DNA of 57,775 nt from a virus (lineage: Duplodnaviria > Heunggongvirae > Uroviricota > Caudoviricetes): positions 1 through 57,775 of IMG/VR virus record IMGVR_UViG_3300027994_000001. One strand, given 5' to 3'. The translations under genes and the position numbers were made by a program. Shown here one piece after another: positions 56,133-57,775 of the stretch; the first letter of the stretch is position 1; each line of letters begins with the position of its first letter. Below the pieces are notes generated by a model. It worked only from the letters and a program-made list of their open reading frames with translations, was not told the origin of the DNA and did no database searches.

Positions 56133-56475
56133 GATAGCGGTCATAGGTAGTAGATCATTTTTAGATTTTAATTTTTTCTCGGCGAAATTAGAGTACTTAC
56201 TTCAAAACACAGAGGAAATAGAGTTTGTATCGGGTGGTGCAATTGGGACAGATAGATTATGCAAAAGGTATGCTGAAGAGAACAATTATAAAATAACTGA
56301 GTTTTTACCTGACTATGAAAAATACTCTGGAAAAGTAGCCCCACTTAAAAGAAACCATCAAATAGTCGAAGCTGCTCAGATGTTAATTGCTTTCACAACA
56401 GGATCAAGTGGAACAGCTTACACAATAAAGCTGGCGGAGAAAAAAGGCATACCAATTAGAATAATAAAAGTATAA
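56125..56475 (+). CDS. SLOG-superfamily (YspA/DUF2493-like) nucleotide-binding protein
   Basis: IAVIGSRSF, VSGGAIGTD, APLKRNHQIV, SSGTAYTIKLA. Confidence 0.85.
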   Translation: MSKIAVIGSRSFLDFNFFSAKLEYLLQNTEEIEFVSGGAIGTDRLCKRYAEENNYKITEFLPDYEKYSGKVAPLKRNHQIVEAAQMLIAFTTGSSGTAYTIKLAEKKGIPIRIIKV

Positions 56476-56477
56476 AT

Positions 56478-56675
56478 ATGGAGATTAACTCAATATCATT
56501 AGAAACATCAAAGCATATTAAAAAATTGATCGAGATTCAAAAATTTTATAAAGAATTATTTTGGAAGGAAGTAGAAAAATGCGGGATACCAGAAGCATGG
56601 GGCGGCGCACCTTTAACAAATGAAGAGATAGAAATAATTCACAAAAAGTTTTTAATTAAATATGGACTATTATGA
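56478..56675 (+). CDS. Hypothetical protein (65 aa)
   Basis: Small ORF in the operon. Confidence 0.5.
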   Translation: MEINSISLETSKHIKKLIEIQKFYKELFWKEVEKCGIPEAWGGAPLTNEEIEIIHKKFLIKYGLL

Positions 56676-56860
56676 CCGAAAAACAAAAGAAACAGTTAAA
56701 ATTATTTGAACAACTAGGATTCTCTACACGTAACTTATCATATGAACAACTCGTAGATGAATTACTTGATAAATACATAACACTGGCAGATGCTTGCGAG
56801 TTCGATGACAGAGAGAGGCTTAAGAAAGGATTAGAAGATGCTAAAAAACCAACAAATTAG
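56672..56860 (+). CDS. Hypothetical protein (62 aa)
   Basis: Last ORF before the bidirectional terminator. Confidence 0.5.
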   Translation: MTEKQKKQLKLFEQLGFSTRNLSYEQLVDELLDKYITLADACEFDDRERLKKGLEDAKKPTN

Positions 56861-56869
56861 TTTAAACAC

Positions 56870-56913
56870 AAGAAAGCCCCCCGTCCTTAATTGGTTGGGG
56901 GGCTTTCTTTTTT
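56870..56913. terminator. Bidirectional intrinsic terminator between convergent gene blocks
   Basis: Perfect 13-bp stem AAGAAAGCCCCCC (56870-82) / GGGGGGCTTTCTT (56897-909) with a T-run. Confidence 0.9.
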
Positions 56914-57648
56914 AATAAAGTTTTCTAAATTAATATTCAACAGAGCACCGTAAGCTCTATCATCTAAACATTCTTTATATTTATTTGCAAGATTTTTAAA
57001 CTTTAACTTTTTACCTTCTACCCAAAAATTATGAGCTTCGTTAATATCTGCGAAATTCTTAGTACGTGTAGGGTATCCATCGGGAGTAGGTACAGCATAC
57101 CTGGAAAATTTTGTTTTTCTAGCTCCAACTTTTTGTCCAATTATTTCTTTAGTTTTAAATAATCTACAATTTATTTCTCTAGGTAGAAATAAACAAGTTT
57201 CTGGAGAATATAAGTTGCATGTAGCGCATAGAAGATCTTTATCAAGTTCCCAACCTTTCATTGTTTCAGGATTATAATTCTGTATAAACCAAGGAACAAA
57301 GTTTTGAAAACACTCCCATTGTTCACAAACATGAATTCTATCTTTATACGATAAATTATTTTTAGTATTTTGTTCGTAACATCTCTGCAACATGCTATGC
57401 CATGTCTTATATGCTTTTTTAGAATTTGTGTAATTATATTCACCATAACCTATGTAGCCAATATTGTAAATATTTCTTCGATTTAGATGTTTTACATGCC
57501 CCAATCTTAGGGATTTGTAATCTCTGTTATATAATATAACACCATCTTCAAATTGTATCGAAGAGTTCCTATTATTTATATATTTTATAATAGTGAATTT
57601 ATCGCCCTCCCTAGTATGGTGAACTTCTCCTGTTCTGTCTATATTCAT
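56887..57648 (-). CDS. Free-standing HNH homing endonuclease (paralogue of 29838..30599)
   Basis: True start is probably ATG 57648 (MNIDRTGEVH..., aligning with MRSKIKNRVGEIH...); WECFQNFVPWF, WELDKDLLC...YSPETCLFLPREIN. Confidence 0.85.
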   Translation of the reverse strand: MNIDRTGEVHHTREGDKFTIIKYINNRNSSIQFEDGVILYNRDYKSLRLGHVKHLNRRNIYNIGYIGYGEYNYTNSKKAYKTWHSMLQRCYEQNTKNNLSYKDRIHVCEQWECFQNFVPWFIQNYNPETMKGWELDKDLLCATCNLYSPETCLFLPREINCRLFKTKEIIGQKVGARKTKFSRYAVPTPDGYPTRTKNFADINEAHNFWVEGKKLKFKNLANKYKECLDDRAYGALLNINLENFIKKESPPTN

Positions 57649-57773
57649 ATCTCTACTTCTTTTATATCTTCCCAATGTGAGTCTTCCACCCAATTAGCTT
57701 GTGTTAGTTGTTGTAAAATCTGTTTCTTTCCTCTTTGTATTATTCTTTGCCCGCCGAAAGGGTGTTCGTCTAT
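57645..57773 (-). CDS. 3' end of an upstream minus-strand ORF (truncated by the window)
   Basis: ...IDEHPFGGQRIIQRGKKQILQQLTQANWVEDSHWEDIKEVEI*; its TGA overlaps the HNH ATG (ATGA). Confidence 0.6.
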   Translation of the reverse strand: MDEHPFGGQRIIQRGKKQILQQLTQANWVEDSHWEDIKEVEI

Positions 57774-57775
57774 AA

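Noticed and set aside
57649-57693. N-terminal extension MGGRLTLGRYKRSRD of the minus-strand HNH
   Set aside because: It overlaps the 3' end of an upstream ORF; ATG 57648 aligns with the paralogue start and shows ATGA coupling.
1-57775. Stop-codon reassignment (TAG or TGA), as in some crAss-like phages
   Set aside because: Very long ORFs are uninterrupted under code 11, and TAG/TGA act as ordinary stops with coupled downstream starts.
1-57775. CRISPR array, DGR (reverse transcriptase / TR-VR), integrase, inteins
   Set aside because: No regularly spaced repeats, no RT YxDD motif, no recombinase motifs and no intein C...HN ends were noticed.

Overview
A roughly 58-kb, AT-rich segment of a lytic podovirus genome from the crAss-like (Crassvirales-related) supergroup, most likely infecting a Flavobacteriia/Bacteroidota host. 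The host inference rests on Bacteroidota-type TTTG-N20-TAnnTTTG promoters and A-rich, Shine-Dalgarno-less translation starts. Positions 1-50.9 kb (+ strand) carry the virion module: terminase large subunit (5'-truncated by the window), portal, acidic scaffold-like protein, major capsid protein, head/neck proteins, a lysis cassette with a GH19 endolysin, fibre/spike genes (one with an SGNH esterase), ring/IHF-like/tail-tube proteins, a muzzle (tail-stabilisation) gene split in two, a free-standing HNH endonuclease, and five large ejection (cargo) proteins. From 50.9 kb there is a short promoter-to-terminator structured RNA, then an operon starting with an Rnl2-type RNA ligase, a Thg1-family 3'-5' polymerase and a probable AEP-fold nucleotidyltransferase, followed by small ORFs, an MmcB-like nuclease and a SLOG protein. 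This converges on a bidirectional terminator with a second HNH gene on the minus strand. Best candidates for new biology: (1) the ligase/Thg1/AEP RNA-repair triad and its upstream structured RNA; (2) cargo proteins built as modules separated by a repeated [FYLMV]-Q-x-G-G motif, with a zincin domain among them. All family assignments come from reading motifs by eye; no database searches were run.
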